DNA from: Chiloscyllium plagiosum
Lineage: Eukaryota
Assembly (NCBI RefSeq): GCF_004010195.1
Contig: NC_057752.1
Coordinates: 4,229,626 to 4,293,625 of the forward strand
Length of the DNA: 64,000 bases
Reading direction: 5' to 3'
Position 1 is the stretch's first letter, and each line of letters begins with the position of its first letter. Both the position numbers and the translations under genes were made by a program. The notes under the pieces are model-generated. The model worked only from the letters and a program-made list of their open reading frames with translations, was not told the origin of the DNA and ran no database searches. Positions 35,759-48,102 of the stretch are shown here, one piece after another.

Positions 35759-36294
35759 GTGTTAATTACTGTGAGCTACGTCTATGCTCAGAGCCTTTAT
35801 GTATTCAATTCTGAGTGAACAATTGAAGCCCTCTGTAAATTCATTCTCCAGCGTCATGATGTATGTATGTCATCAAAGTAATAATAGTCATGCTATAGGT
35901 CAGGAAGAAGCATGTATCAGAAAAATACTGTGTTTCAAAATAAGTGAGCATGTAGTTCTCGACACAAGACATCAAGAATAGAGTGTCTCCAGTTAACTCC
36001 CAGCATTAAAAGAAAAATGAAAGACATGATTTAAAGCATTGACTTCACCACCATATGCATGTGAATCGTTATTGAAGGGAAACTCTTGTGTCAGTCGTAT
36101 TCATTCTTGCCAGCTGATGATGGGTTATGGGTAATGCTGTGGCTTTGTATTGTGATGTTTACCACTGCATAAAGTTGCAGCTTTGATTTGCAGTGAAGCA
36201 ACATGGAGAGGTAAAATATGCTCTCCATACTTTGTCTATTGCTACGACTATACTTCCGATATTGCATTCTATTTTTGACATCATTGTTAAACTC

Positions 36295-36300
36295 AATAAA
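36295..36300 (+). terminator. Candidate poly(A) signal of keratin 1 (alternative ATTAAA at 36005-36010)
   Basis: First AATAAA I found after the stop; usage unknown. Confidence 0.4.
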
Positions 36301-36522
36301 TAGCTTCACCCCAATTATGACTCTGCCATTCACTGAATCACAACTGCATGCAAGTAAGGGCAGGGTGGATCACACAGTGGGGTTAGGTTTATATCTAGGA
36401 CTCACACTAAACATTGATTTCTTCCAAGAAACAAACCCTTCCAGTTAGAAAGTTAAAGAAATGAGTAGTTGTCACATTAGGGGAACACACTTCCTTGATC
36501 TCTGGGCAACCAAAAACTTGAA

Positions 36523-36634
36523 TCTGGATGTAGGTTTGCTCGCTGAGCTGGAAGGTTAATTTTCTTCCAGCTCAGCGAGCAAACCTACATCCAGAACCTC
36601 AACCTGAGCTACAAATCTTCTCAAAACTCGCTAG
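36523..36634. mobile_element. PLE family B terminal stub forming a perfect 32-bp hairpin
   Basis: Arms 36523-36554 and 36564-36595 are exact reverse complements; TSD aaacttgaat at 36514-36523 and 36635-36644. Confidence 0.8.
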
Positions 36635-37322
36635 AAACTTGAATGTAAACTTTGGAAGAAAATTGCACATTAGTTATTTATTGTTGTGAAAACATATCTG
36701 TTGATCTTGCTAGTCAATGTCCTGTGGCCTAGTTCACAATTAGTGGAAAACTGGCGCTTGGCCATCTAAATCTTGAACATTGCTGAGAAGAGAGATGTGT
36801 TGTTGAAGCGTCTTATCTTGTACTCATCAGAACAAACACATAGATGGTGTAAATCACCATGGTATAAATTGCTGTATTGTTTGAACATTGGTGTTCTTGT
36901 GATTATCCTGATGAGTGCAAATCAAAGAGCTTCAGTCTCTCTTTCAGCAAGATTCAACTTAGTGGGAAGAAATGATGACTTCCCTCCAAAGCCCACTGAC
37001 ATATCTAGGGTCAGGTTGGTGTCATCACATTTACAAGTTCTCCACATAAAAGGAATGGGCAAAGCTTTGGCACCATCAAGATGAAGACTGATGGCCCCAT
37101 TCATCCCTTGATCTGCCTTCTTCCAAGACATTCTAGTTCATGATACTGGCCTGGATACTTTGGACCCACTTTTACCACATGAACCTGGGCACTAGGTTCT
37201 TTTCAGCACCCAGGTTGCTGGACAAAAGTGAGGCAGGAGCAATGAGGTGAAGATGCAGCTGCTAATACTAAAACTTACATCAACATAGTCATGTTAAAGG
37301 CAGATAGTGGCTCTGTCCACTT

Positions 37323-37578
37323 TGATTAGATAACTTACAGTCTGGAAACAGGCCCTTCGGCCCAATAACTCCACACCGACCCATTCCCCTACACCATGGG
37401 CAATTTAGCATGGCCAATTCACCTAACCTGCACATTTTTGTACTGTGGGAGGAAATCCACACAGACACGGGGAGAATGTGCAAACTCCACACAGTCAGTC
37501 GCCTGAGGTGGGAATTGAACTCAGGTCTCTGGTGCTATAAGGCAGCATTGCTAACCACTGTGCCACCATGCTGCCCAC
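37323..37578 (-). mobile_element. tRNA-derived HE1-like SINE
   Basis: Minus strand ggcagcatggtggcacagtggttagcaatgctgcc (A box) .. gagttcaattccc (B box), with a CR1-like 3' tail. Confidence 0.8.
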
Positions 37579-38749
37579 CAGTTGTGTCCAATTGAATGAG
37601 CTTCTCTAAGCAGAGACCCCCAACTTGTTTTTGGTTTTGAATCTTCTCTCTCTCAGAGGTGCCTTGGAGTGAGGACACAGGGTCCCTGAATGGATTACCA
37701 AGCATCCGCTTGCCAATCAGTCAGCACTTTCTTCTTCTACATTATAAATATTGGTTTTCATTTAAATTTCATAACTTGTAAATTGTTCTGATTAGTGCAA
37801 GGCAAAAGAACTTCAACAAAATGTGTCTTTTTGCAGCAACACTAACATTCTGTACTACCAAATGAATATTTGCGGGAAGAATATCCAATGGTGGTACACA
37901 TGAAGTTTGTAATCGTTCCCATTATACAGAGTTGGATTAAAAAAGTAATAAATGTAGAAGATGTAGTCAGAATATTCCTATATACGGTATTGATTTTATG
38001 TTAGGGAATGATCTGTTAGTTTAAAATTAATGGTATCACTGAGGCAGAGGAAACAATCAGTTGAAGTAAAAGAAACTGTGATGCTCTGGAGGGAAATCCT
38101 GGATTGTTCCCCGATTGTATTGTGACTAAATATCAGCCTCGTAGAATGGCAGAGCAATATCAAACAGTCTACTCAGAAATTGCATCAGAACTAATATCTG
38201 AGTGTTATTATTTAAAAGACAAAGTGCTATTGACAGAATAGCAACCACCTTGACTATAATGCAAAGAAGGATAGGCAATAGCCCATCAGGTGTTATTACT
38301 GTTTTGAGAATCATAGCATTGTTGTATGAATGGGTCATAAAATTCCAATGGCAGGTCACTTAAGTATTAAGAAAATTCAACCTAAAATACTGAAACATTT
38401 TTATTGATTAGGATTACATAAAGATGTGGTGCAATTTTGCCAGGCATACTCTTCATGTCAGCAGTTGGGGTTTCACCAACCATCAATTCAACCTGCACCC
38501 TTACTTGCAATACCAGCTTTTGAAGAACTGTTTAGTAGTGTTTTAATAGATTGTGCAGGGGGAGTCAGCATCTTTCAAAAGTTATACATGTTTTAACAGG
38601 ATTTCTTGTGGTACAAGTGGTGAGAAAGTTAGCCTAATTTTATACAAGATTTGGATTACCCAAATAAATACAATCAGTTGGGAGACATCCCTGAGTTTTC
38701 TACAGTTGCCTCACTTCAGAGTGTTTGCTACACACCCAGTAAAATTCAT

Positions 38750-40410
38750 TTTCAAAGTTTGTGAGAAGACTTGTAGCTCGGGTGCTCGTTGTTTTGGTTC
38801 TGTTCGCCGAGCTGGGAATTTGTGTTGCAGACGTTTCGTCCCCTGTCTAGGTGACATCCTCAGTGCTTGGGAGCCTCCTGTGAAGCGCTTCTGTGATCTT
38901 TCCTCCAGCATTTGTAGTGGTTTGAATCTGCCGCTTCAGGTTGTCAGTTCCAGCTGTCCNNNNNNNNNNNNNNNNNNNNNNNNNNNNNNNNNNNNNNNNN
39001 NNNNNNNNNNNNNNNNNNNNNNNNNNNNNNNNNNNNNNNNNNNNNNNNNNNNNNNNNNNNNNNNNNNNNNNNNNNNNNNNNNNNNNNNNNNNNNNNNNNN
39101 NNNNNNNNNNNNNNNNNNNNNNNNNNNNNNNNNNNNNNNNNNNNNNNNNNNNNNNNNNNNNNNNNNNNNNNNNNNNNNNNNNNNNNNNNNNNNNNNNNNN
39201 NNNNNNNNNNNNNNNNNNNNNNNNNNNNNNNNNNNNNNNNNNNNNNNNNNNNNNNNNNNNNNNNNNNNNNNNNNNNNNNNNNNNNNNNNNNNNNNNNNNN
39301 NNNNNNNNNNNNNNNNNNNNNNNNNNNNNNNNNNNNNNNNNNNNNNNNNNNNNNNNNNNNNNNNNNNNNNNNNNNNNNNNNNNNNNNNNNNNNNNNNNNN
39401 NNNNNNNNNNNNNNNNNNNNNNNNNNNNNNNNNNNNNNNNNNNNNNNNNNNNNNNNNNNNNNNNNNNNNNNNNNNNNNNNNNNNNNNNNNNNNNNNNNNN
39501 NNNNNNNNNNNNNNNNNNNNNNNNNNNNNNNNNNNNNNNNNNNNNNNNNNNNNNNNNNNNNNNNNNNNNNNNNNNNNNNNNNNNNNNNNNNNNNNNNNNN
39601 NNNNNNNNNNNNNNNNNNNNNNNNNNNNNNNNNNNNNNNNNNNNNNNNNNNNNNNNNNNNNNNNNNNNNNNNNNNNNNNNNNNNNNNNNNNNNNNNNNNN
39701 NNNNNNNNNNNNNNNNNNNNNNNNNNNNNNNNNNNNNNNNNNNNNNNNNNNNNNNNNNNNNNNNNNAGTGGCCGGTATATTGGGTCCAGGTCGATGTGCT
39801 TATTGATTGAATCTGTTTGAACGGTGCCGTTACATCAAATGAGGCCATGGTTTCTTCCTTGTCTATGTGTATATTTCTGATGTCCAAGAATTCCTGTGTT
39901 GATTGTATAGAGTGTCTGGATCCGCTGATCAGGTGTTTCAGTTTCTGCTGTAGTTCTTTAGCCAGTTTGTGTGATGGTGTCCCTGGTAGTGATACTATGG
40001 GTCTGAGTGGGATGTCTGGTTTGTGCACTTCAGGTAGTCCATAGAATCTGGGGCTGTTGTTGCTTTCAGGTTTCATTCTTTGTCGGTCAGCCCTGGTTAT
40101 CTATCTGTTTTTTTGTAGGTTCCTCAGTGTGTTGTTTATCCTATTGGTGAGCTGTGGGGTGGGGTCAAACTCCCTCTTTTGGTAGGTGTTGGTATCTGCA
40201 AGTAGTTGTTGTGCTTTTTGGATGTCGTCTGCTTTGTCCAGGGTGACCTTCATTCTGCCTTTGTCTGCTGGTAGTATAATTATGTTCTTATCGTTTCTTA
40301 GTGATTTTAGTGCTTCCCTCTCCTTGGTGTTGAGGTTATGTGTTTGTCTTTTCCTTGTTATCAGGGGTACGATACTTTGTCTCACTGTTTGTTGTGTCTC
40401 TTCTGTCACG
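38750..40410 (-). mobile_element. Penelope-like element (RT N-terminal part and 3' end; spans gap 38960-39766)
   Basis: ALKSLRNDKNIIILPADKG..DPT..PRFYGLPEVHKPDIPLRPIVS..SFDVTA is a PLE RT N-terminus. Confidence 0.9.
38827..38866 (-). ncRNA. Minimal hammerhead ribozyme motif (PLE-associated)
   Basis: Minus strand: gca-CUGAGGA-U-GUCacct(agac)aggGGAC-GAAAC-GUC-ugc. Confidence 0.72.
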
Positions 40411-41137
40411 ATAAGAACATAATCACTTTACGGGCTGGCACTTCAGTGTTAGGCATCTATTCAAAATGCCTCTTGCAGTTCCTATCAGCAACAAAGTTTG
40501 AAAGCAGTCATATTCTCCTGAATTTGGTTCAGAGATTAGGCAGAGAATTATTAATGACCAAGGCAGGGAAGTCTATACAGAGCTTGCAAAATTCTTTTAC
40601 TGATAATGCTCAACAAATAAGTTGAAACCAAACAGAATAGGAACAAATGAATATTGAAACAATGGGCAGGATTTTGGATTGAAACTCTGAAGTCAGAGTC
40701 AATTTTGGAGTCTTGACTCCACACTGATAAGTTCACTGTCTAATTGGGGAAGGCAGCTAGGCTATTGAATCTGGTAGGCTAGTTAGAAGACTTCCATTTG
40801 CACCACTTGGGCTGGAGAAACTGAGGTTTGATGTCAATCTGGATCAGCCCCTGATTCTTCCCCTATCCCCACCAATCAAATCTTGATTGATGCCTTTGTT
40901 CAGATATGGTTTTCCCCATGCTCCCAGACCACTCTCACACTTTCCATTCTCACATCTTTCACCTCAGCTAATTCAAACCTCTGCTGTCTATATCCTATCC
41001 TGCACCAATCCCTCTCACCCATCACCTGAGTCTATTTACCCAAATTGCCTCACTGTGAACAAACACCTCAACATGAGATAGTTACATTTTCATGTTTAAA
41101 TCTGTAATAACTCAGGAAGCCTGACTGAAAGGAACAT

Positions 41138-42490
41138 AGAGTCATTGATATCTCCAGCATGGAAACAGACCCTTCGGTCCAAAACGTCCATGCCGACCAG
41201 ATATCCCAACCCAATCTAGTCCCACCTGCCAGCACCCAGCCCATATCCCTCCAAACCCTTCCTATTCATATACCCATCCAAATGCCTCTTAAATGTTGCA
41301 ATTGTACCNNNNNNNNNNNNNNNNNNNNNNNNNNNNNNNNNNNNNNNNNNNNNNNNNNNNNNNNNNNNNNNNNNNNNNNNNNNNNNNNNNNNNNNNNNNN
41401 NNNNNNNNNNNNNNNNNNNNNNNNNNNNNNNNNNNNNNNNNNNNNNNNNNNNNNNNNNNNNNNNNNNNNNNNNNNNNNNNNNNNNNNNNNNNNNNNNNNN
41501 NNNNNNNNNNNNNNNNNNNNNNNNNNNNNNNNNNNNNNNNNNNNNNNNNNNNNNNNNNNNNNNNNNNNNNNNNNNNNNNNNNNNNNNNNNNNNNNNNNNN
41601 NNNNNNNNNNNNNNNNNNNNNNNNNNNNNNNNNNNNNNNNNNNNNNNNNNNNNNNNNNNNNNNNNNNNNNNNNNNNNNNNNNNNNNNNNNNNNNNNNNNN
41701 NNNNNNNNNNNNNNNNNNNNNNNNNNNNNNNNNNNNNNNNNNNNNNNNNNNNNNNNNNNNNNNNNNNNNNNNNNNNNNNNNNNNNNNNNNNNNNNNNNNN
41801 NNNNNNNNNNNNNNNNNNNNNNNNNNCTTCTCAGCCCATTGGCCCATCTGGTCAAGATCCTGTTGTAATCTGAGGTAACCCTCTTCGCTGTCCACTACAC
41901 CTCCAATTTTGGTGTCATCTGCAAACTTACTAACTGTACCTCTTATGCTCGCATCCAAATCATTTATGTAAATGACAAAAAATAGAGAGCCCAGCATCGA
42001 TCCTTGTGACACTCCACTGGTCACAGGCCTCCAGTCCGAAAAACAACCCTCCACCACCACCCTCTGTCTTCTACCTTTGAGCCAGTTCTGTATCCAAATG
42101 GCTAGTTCTCCCTGTATTCCATGAGATCTAACCTTGCTAATCAGTCTCCCATGGGGAACCTTGTCGAACACCTTACTGAAGTCCATATAGATCACATCTA
42201 CTGCTCTGCCCTCATCAATCTTCTTTGTTACTTCTTCAAAAAACTCAATCAAGTTTGTGAGACATGATTTCCCACGCACATAGCCATGTTGACTATCCCT
42301 AATCAGTCCTTGCCTTTTCAAATACATGTACATGCTGTTCCTCAGGATTTCTTCCAACAACTTGCCCACCATTGAGGTCAGGCTCACCAGTCTATAGTTC
42401 CCTGGCTTGTCTTTACCCTTCTTAAACAGTGGCACCACGTTTGCCAACCTCCAGTCTTCCGGCATCTCATCTGTGACTATCCATGATACA
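41138..42490 (-). mobile_element. Young CR1 LINE, RT and tail (spans gap 41309-41826)
   Basis: Open RT frame [47 protein letters not shown]. Confidence 0.92.
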
Positions 42491-43387
42491 AATAATTTAC
42501 TGTTGAACACCAGAATAGAGCCACTACTCGTGGCATGTATAGGCTAGCCCCGCAGACCCATCCCTTGCTATGCTTTATTTTTCTTTATATCCAGAAGTAC
42601 TTTTACACATGACTGAAATTATTTTTTGCCAACACCAAACACTGTTGACATTTTTGTTTTGATTAATAATCGCCACCAGTAAATCACTGGATGGGATTTG
42701 AACCTGGGCCTCCTAGTCCTGGGTATTGACACTACCATCGTGTCATAACAAGGTCCATGGGTCTGCTTTTATAAAAAGATTTAACCTACTTTCCTTCTGA
42801 CCAACCTACTCATAGATGTTATTGCATACCTCTGGAGCAGGTGGGACTTGAACCCAGGTTTCCTGAGACACCACTACAGCCCCTTAACAGTTTTAGCGGT
42901 GCTGTCCGTAGAATAGCAGCAAAGAGGCTCAGTTGGGTAGGCCACTGCCTTTTACCAAGCGAACTCATACTTAATGAGCTCCACAAGGAAATTAATTAAT
43001 GATTCCCCATGGGCCTTATCGGGTTATCACAAACTCCTTGCATTATTTTATTCCTATCTATTTCAAAATATCCATTCAGCCCAATAAAACAATTGAACTG
43101 TCTGTTCCTCTGATCTCCTATGTATTCCTGCTTTTCTTCATCCCATCATTGACAGATTTACATTCTGTTGACTCAAATGTGTGCTCTGACATTTCCTCCT
43201 TAAACCCCTTACTTAGCTTCAAAGGTTTTCTCTTGTCCTTTAAGACCCTTCGGAAAACCCATGAACCCAATTGTTCATCATTTATCTTTGCAGTTAAACA
43301 GGGCCAATTATCTTTCCCAGTTACATAGAACTAAAGCAACCATCATTGAGAATAATTGAAACTTAATTGACCTCATTTGCTTTCATC

Positions 43388-43850
43388 AATAAACTGATTA
43401 TTCTACTCCCTGCCCTCCCATTCACTGTTTGATCACGCAGCATTGCCCTTTGTCGAGAAGGGCGCTGCTTGTCACTGACCACTCTGGTGTTTCCTTTCTT
43501 CCTGGTGGTGAAATTTGAATGAAGATTTGTACACCTGCTGTCTTTCACTGGGTCTCACACCTGCACACACACAACATGGGTACTGGGGAAAATATGAGTT
43601 AGGCGGTAGTGTGGGGGTAAGGGAAAAAGAAAAATAATAAACTGGTTATTCTAATCCCTGCCCTCCCATTCACTTTTTGATCACGCCCTTTGTTGAGACG
43701 GGTACTGCTTGTCACTGACCACTCAAGTGTTTCCTTTCTTCCTGGTAGTGGAATATAAATAAAGATTTATGCACTTGCTGTTCTTCACTGTGTCTGACAC
43801 CTGCACACACACGACATGGGTCTGGGGGGAGAAAATAAACTGGTTATTCT
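43388..43850 (+). mobile_element. Two tandem Tx1 family A 3'-UTR fragments separated by a thrice-repeated 17-bp target
   Basis: aataaactg(a/g)ttattct at 43388-43404, 43636-43652 and 43834-43850. Confidence 0.78.
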
Positions 43851-44100
43851 CGGATTTCAAAATGAACATAGTTATTTCCATCTTCTTTATTGCTAAGCAG
43901 ATATGTATTGTCAGATGTGTGGACCTCACTGAACCACAAAATCTGATTTTACTAATTGATTTTCTATCAGCACATATACCTAAATGGCAGAAATGGACGT
44001 AACAGCATGTAGAATGTCCAGGTTCTGAGACAAAAGCTGGCTAACGAGCATGTGCCATATTGAGACCTACTGACACAGTTACAAATAGAAAAGCCTCTGC

Positions 44101-44615
44101 CCTGGCCAAACTGGCCATAAACAGGTCCAGGCAGCGGGCCGTGGAGGGGGTCATTATGGATGATTGCCTGCCCCTCTTCTGCAGTTTTGTCAGAGAAGGA
44201 GCATGCGGTGTCCACCAACACACTTGAGTTGTCAGGGAGAGGTGGGCACCGCAGGGAGTGGAGTGTATTATTTCCCCCTCCAACTCTATTTTGATTTAAT
44301 CCCTGCCCTCACATTCATTGTTTGATCACACAGCATTGCCCTTTGATGTGAAGGGCACTGCTTGTCACTGGCCAGTCGGGTGTTTCCTTTCTTCCTGTTG
44401 GTGGAAATTGAATAAAGATTTATAGACCTGTTGCCTTTCATTGAGTCTCACATCTGCACACACACAACATGGGTGCTGGGGAAAATATAAGCACTACTGC
44501 AGTTAGGCAGTAGTGTAGGGTGAAAAACAGAAAAAAGGAAAAAAATATATATATAACCAGGAGATTTAGAATTTCCTCAGTTTAGGGCACTGACTCTGTA
44601 AAAAAAAAGAAAACA
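44101..44615 (+). mobile_element. Tx1 family A 3' fragment with an 18-bp TSD
   Basis: LAKLAINRSRQRAVEG.. coding end, UTR and A-tail; TSD aaatagaaaagcc(t/c)ctgc at 44083-44100 and 44616-44633. Confidence 0.8.
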
Positions 44616-45729
44616 AAATAGAAAAGCCCCTGCACAGAATGTTATATGCAACAGTAAGCTCGATGGATCCACTCCCAAATTTGAGTCAGCGGATAACAGG
44701 TTCAGAGCATCAGGCACATACTCTGAGGGAATGCTGCACTGTCATAGGTGCCATCTTTTATATGAGTCATTAAAATGACGGCCCTTGCTATTGGATAACT
44801 TGTTTTACCTATGGCTGGAATTAAGTGTGATGACGAGTGTGTTTGATAACGGTAGCAGCGAACAGGGAGGAGCCTCAATAATTCCCATTCATCTTCCAGC
44901 TAGGTTGAAATAATTTAGTGAAACAAATTGACACCCACTTGAACATTTCAACTAAGGAAAGAATAACACATATTTGTTTTTTTATGTTGATAAAAATAAA
45001 CTACTGGGATTGCTATTGAGAAATGCTATCTAACTGTAGTGTAATAATTGAGTAGATTTACATATCCTATGTATGTAACTCGCTTGAAATTAAGTTTGAG
45101 AATTCAATATCTGATTTATTTATTTTTATAATCATTTTAGAGCTTCATTCCTTATTTTGATTTCTATGTTCCATAACATTTGAGTTCTGAATTGCTTTTG
45201 TCTTGCTTTGACAGAATTGATTAAGTGCAATGTTGTAAGACTAGGTATTAGACAACGGAAAAAGAACTCACGAATAAGTTTTTTTTAATATATATCTAAA
45301 CAGAAATGACTGGGAATTTTTTGAAACTCAATGAAGTGCCAAAAATGTAAAAATATGGTGATTATCATCATCAGGACAAGCCAGGACTTCTTTTTCATGC
45401 CTTGCACTCTTTGACCTGCCTGGAAGAGAGAAAATTAGATTGTTTTTCTGGCGATTGTAAACTGGCAATGTCACTGGTGCCTTTGGATGTCTGGAGAATA
45501 TTGATGTTTTACACTTAAGGGACTTAGAGAAAGCCTCAACACCTTTACTCTCCATCTTTGAACAGAGCAACAGTGTTGGAAATGTTGAAACAAAAAGTAA
45601 GATCAGTGTGTACTGGATGAGCTGAATGGCCTGCTTCCATCCTGTAGGGATTCTATGTTCTATGCAATAGATAAGGATGTCAATATGCGGAACACAATGA
45701 AAGAACAATTTTGAATTGCAGAAAACAAA

Positions 45730-45735
45730 TTTATT
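45730..45735 (-). terminator. Candidate poly(A) signal of keratin gene 2
   Basis: AATAAA on the minus strand ~600 nt after the stop, followed by T-rich downstream sequence. Confidence 0.6.
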
Positions 45736-46330
45736 CAGTATGTCACAGACTGTGATGAAAAGAAAATTATCTGGTACAAGAAGTTACACAACACGAAACA
45801 GTTCTGAACAGAAAACATTGGTGTCTTTCTTAACGAACCCAATAATTGTTGCCTGTTAAACCCAACGATGAGCCTTTTAGAAGTTGGATACCTTTCAAGA
45901 CTTTAGTCAGTGACAACAAAGAATTAGTGAGCCATTCCCACCAGTTAATTCCAAATTGTGCGCACACATGTGATTTTTCATGATGCAAAACTTATAATGT
46001 CAGGCAATGGGTAAAGTAACCAAAAATAATCTGAGAAACTGCAACTGACATCGCATGTCACAGTTATAAATAACTTGCTGTAAGTACATGGCAGATTGAT
46101 CAATATGGTTTGTGAAGGTGAATAGATTGGGGCAAATTCATCACTGACAAAGGCCTGAAGGCTGAAAAGGACTGTGGATTTGGAAGTTCACCAGTGTTAG
46201 TATTTTAAGAAGATACCCCAAACATGCAAAACTAGGATTATCAGAATTGAAATCAAAGGCTTGGATGACAGATGAAAATTATTTGTATTGAGACGTGAGA
46301 CAAATACTGGATAGAATGTTTTCCTCCCTG

Positions 46331-46503
46331 CTAGATCAAGGGAGTTACAGATGAAGAAACTGTCATTCCATCCACCACCTCAGTTTTCTTCACAAACAGA
46401 GGAGCTTTCAAGCTTGATGAAGAGGTCATGGAGGTTTCATATGCATTAGCACTCACAAATGGAGAAATTCCAGATGACGTGACACCAAATGATGAAAAAT
46501 CAC
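46331..46503 (-). CDS. Type II keratin gene 2 (KRT8-like), terminal coding exon
   Basis: Acceptor tttccttttgctttcag|gt; DFSSFGVTSSG..SSSSLKAPLFVKKTEVVDGMTVSSSVTPLI* resembles the K8 tail VVKKIETRDGKLVSESS. Confidence 0.8.
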
Positions 46504-46992
46504 CTGAAAGCAAAAGGAAACACTCGTCAATACATAACCGTTTACTCTGGTGTCAAAACTGATCATCTTCAGAAAATAGCTTTTAAACATCTACATTAGT
46601 TATTACAGTTAATCAAATTGAAGAACTATCAATAGAAATTGATACATGTATAAATATTAAATAATGATTTATCTTGTGACTTACCATAGAATCAGTATTG
46701 ACAAGTAAAATAAACTATTGTTTTAAAAGAACATTGTGGAAACACACAGCTAAACTAGCAGTCTTTGTGAATGGAGAAAGCTTGATTATGAGTTTGGGTG
46801 TACCTTTAATGCCTCTTCAGCAAACGTACACAAAGTGACAAAGGTCAAATTCGAAAAGGACAATTTATCTATTTGCATTTCCAGTTATGATGAGCTTCCA
46901 GCATCTGTTCCAGAATTTCCCAGTTTTCAATTAGATTTTAAGCTCTTCCCCAGAAATTATTTGATCAAAGGAGGAAAGGGCAATTCTCTTAC

Positions 46993-47042
46993 CTTGGCTC
47001 TGTACTTGCTGGATGTTGAGGGTTTTTACCCCAGTTGCCATC
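46993..47042 (-). CDS. Type II keratin gene 2, penultimate exon (50 nt)
   Basis: Acceptor tttcctttttcaacag|g, (R)MATGVKTLNIQQVQSQ(G), donor |gtaaga; same phases as exon 8 of gene 1; resembles the K8 post-rod segment. Confidence 0.8.
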
Positions 47043-47385
47043 CTGTTGAAAAAGGAAACATTCTCAGATTATAGCGGACAATGACATGAAATCACAGTCA
47101 GACTTCCCTCTGTTTCCTCAGGTATCTCCCTCTCCCAGGGACACTGACATCTCCAGGGCTACACTTCTGAATGGGCACAGTCAGGCTCCTTGCCCTCGGG
47201 CAAAGTGCCCAGTCGTTACTGTTGCCACAGGTAGTAGGTGACAGCAAGTAATTGGAGGGTGAGGAGTGGGGGTCCTGACCTTTCAGTGGAACCTGGAGGT
47301 CAGTCACTGATTGCAAAACCACCTTCACATTCACACTGCCTGTATTCCATCCCATTCCATTCTCAGGGATCACAGCTACCAGTCA

Positions 47386-47885
47386 NNNNNNNNNNNNNNN
47401 NNNNNNNNNNNNNNNNNNNNNNNNNNNNNNNNNNNNNNNNNNNNNNNNNNNNNNNNNNNNNNNNNNNNNNNNNNNNNNNNNNNNNNNNNNNNNNNNNNNN
47501 NNNNNNNNNNNNNNNNNNNNNNNNNNNNNNNNNNNNNNNNNNNNNNNNNNNNNNNNNNNNNNNNNNNNNNNNNNNNNNNNNNNNNNNNNNNNNNNNNNNN
47601 NNNNNNNNNNNNNNNNNNNNNNNNNNNNNNNNNNNNNNNNNNNNNNNNNNNNNNNNNNNNNNNNNNNNNNNNNNNNNNNNNNNNNNNNNNNNNNNNNNNN
47701 NNNNNNNNNNNNNNNNNNNNNNNNNNNNNNNNNNNNNNNNNNNNNNNNNNNNNNNNNNNNNNNNNNNNNNNNNNNNNNNNNNNNNNNNNNNNNNNNNNNN
47801 NNNNNNNNNNNNNNNNNNNNNNNNNNNNNNNNNNNNNNNNNNNNNNNNNNNNNNNNNNNNNNNNNNNNNNNNNNNNNNNNNNNNN
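47386..47885. other. Assembly gap of exactly 500 N (other gaps: 16902-17422, 38960-39766, 41309-41826, 60399-60421)
   Basis: Read directly; the round size suggests a placeholder of unknown true length. Confidence 0.95.
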
Positions 47886-48102
47886 GTCCACAGTGAAGCA
47901 AAGAGAGGAGTTTGCTGCTGTGTTGAATCCCTTTTTGCCCTTAACAAAGGTGTGGATTTGCCAGTTGGCTGTATGGTCCATATTTAAATTAGGTATATAT
48001 TTGACTTTCTGGGCTCTCTGGATCTAAAGGTCACCAAGTCACATGCCCTTCTTCAGCTATCCTCGACAGTAATTTCTGGGTTTTTTTCTTGCACCAGATG
48101 GG

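Noticed and set aside
36523..36595. miRNA precursor downstream of the keratin 3' UTR
   Set aside because: The hairpin is explained by a PLE terminal stub with a TSD; there is no evidence of processing.
37480..37578. tRNA gene
   Set aside because: The A and B boxes belong to a SINE head with body and LINE-like tail; a second copy is at 58163-58484.
44290..44520. snRNA or snoRNA identity for the repeated structured segment
   Set aside because: It directly follows the Tx1-like ORF2 stop and ends in AATAAA and an A-tail, so it is a LINE 3' UTR; I recognise no snRNA match.
16767..48027. Long ORFs containing X runs in the ORF track
   Set aside because: Their length is an artefact of N-gaps; only the non-N parts were interpreted.
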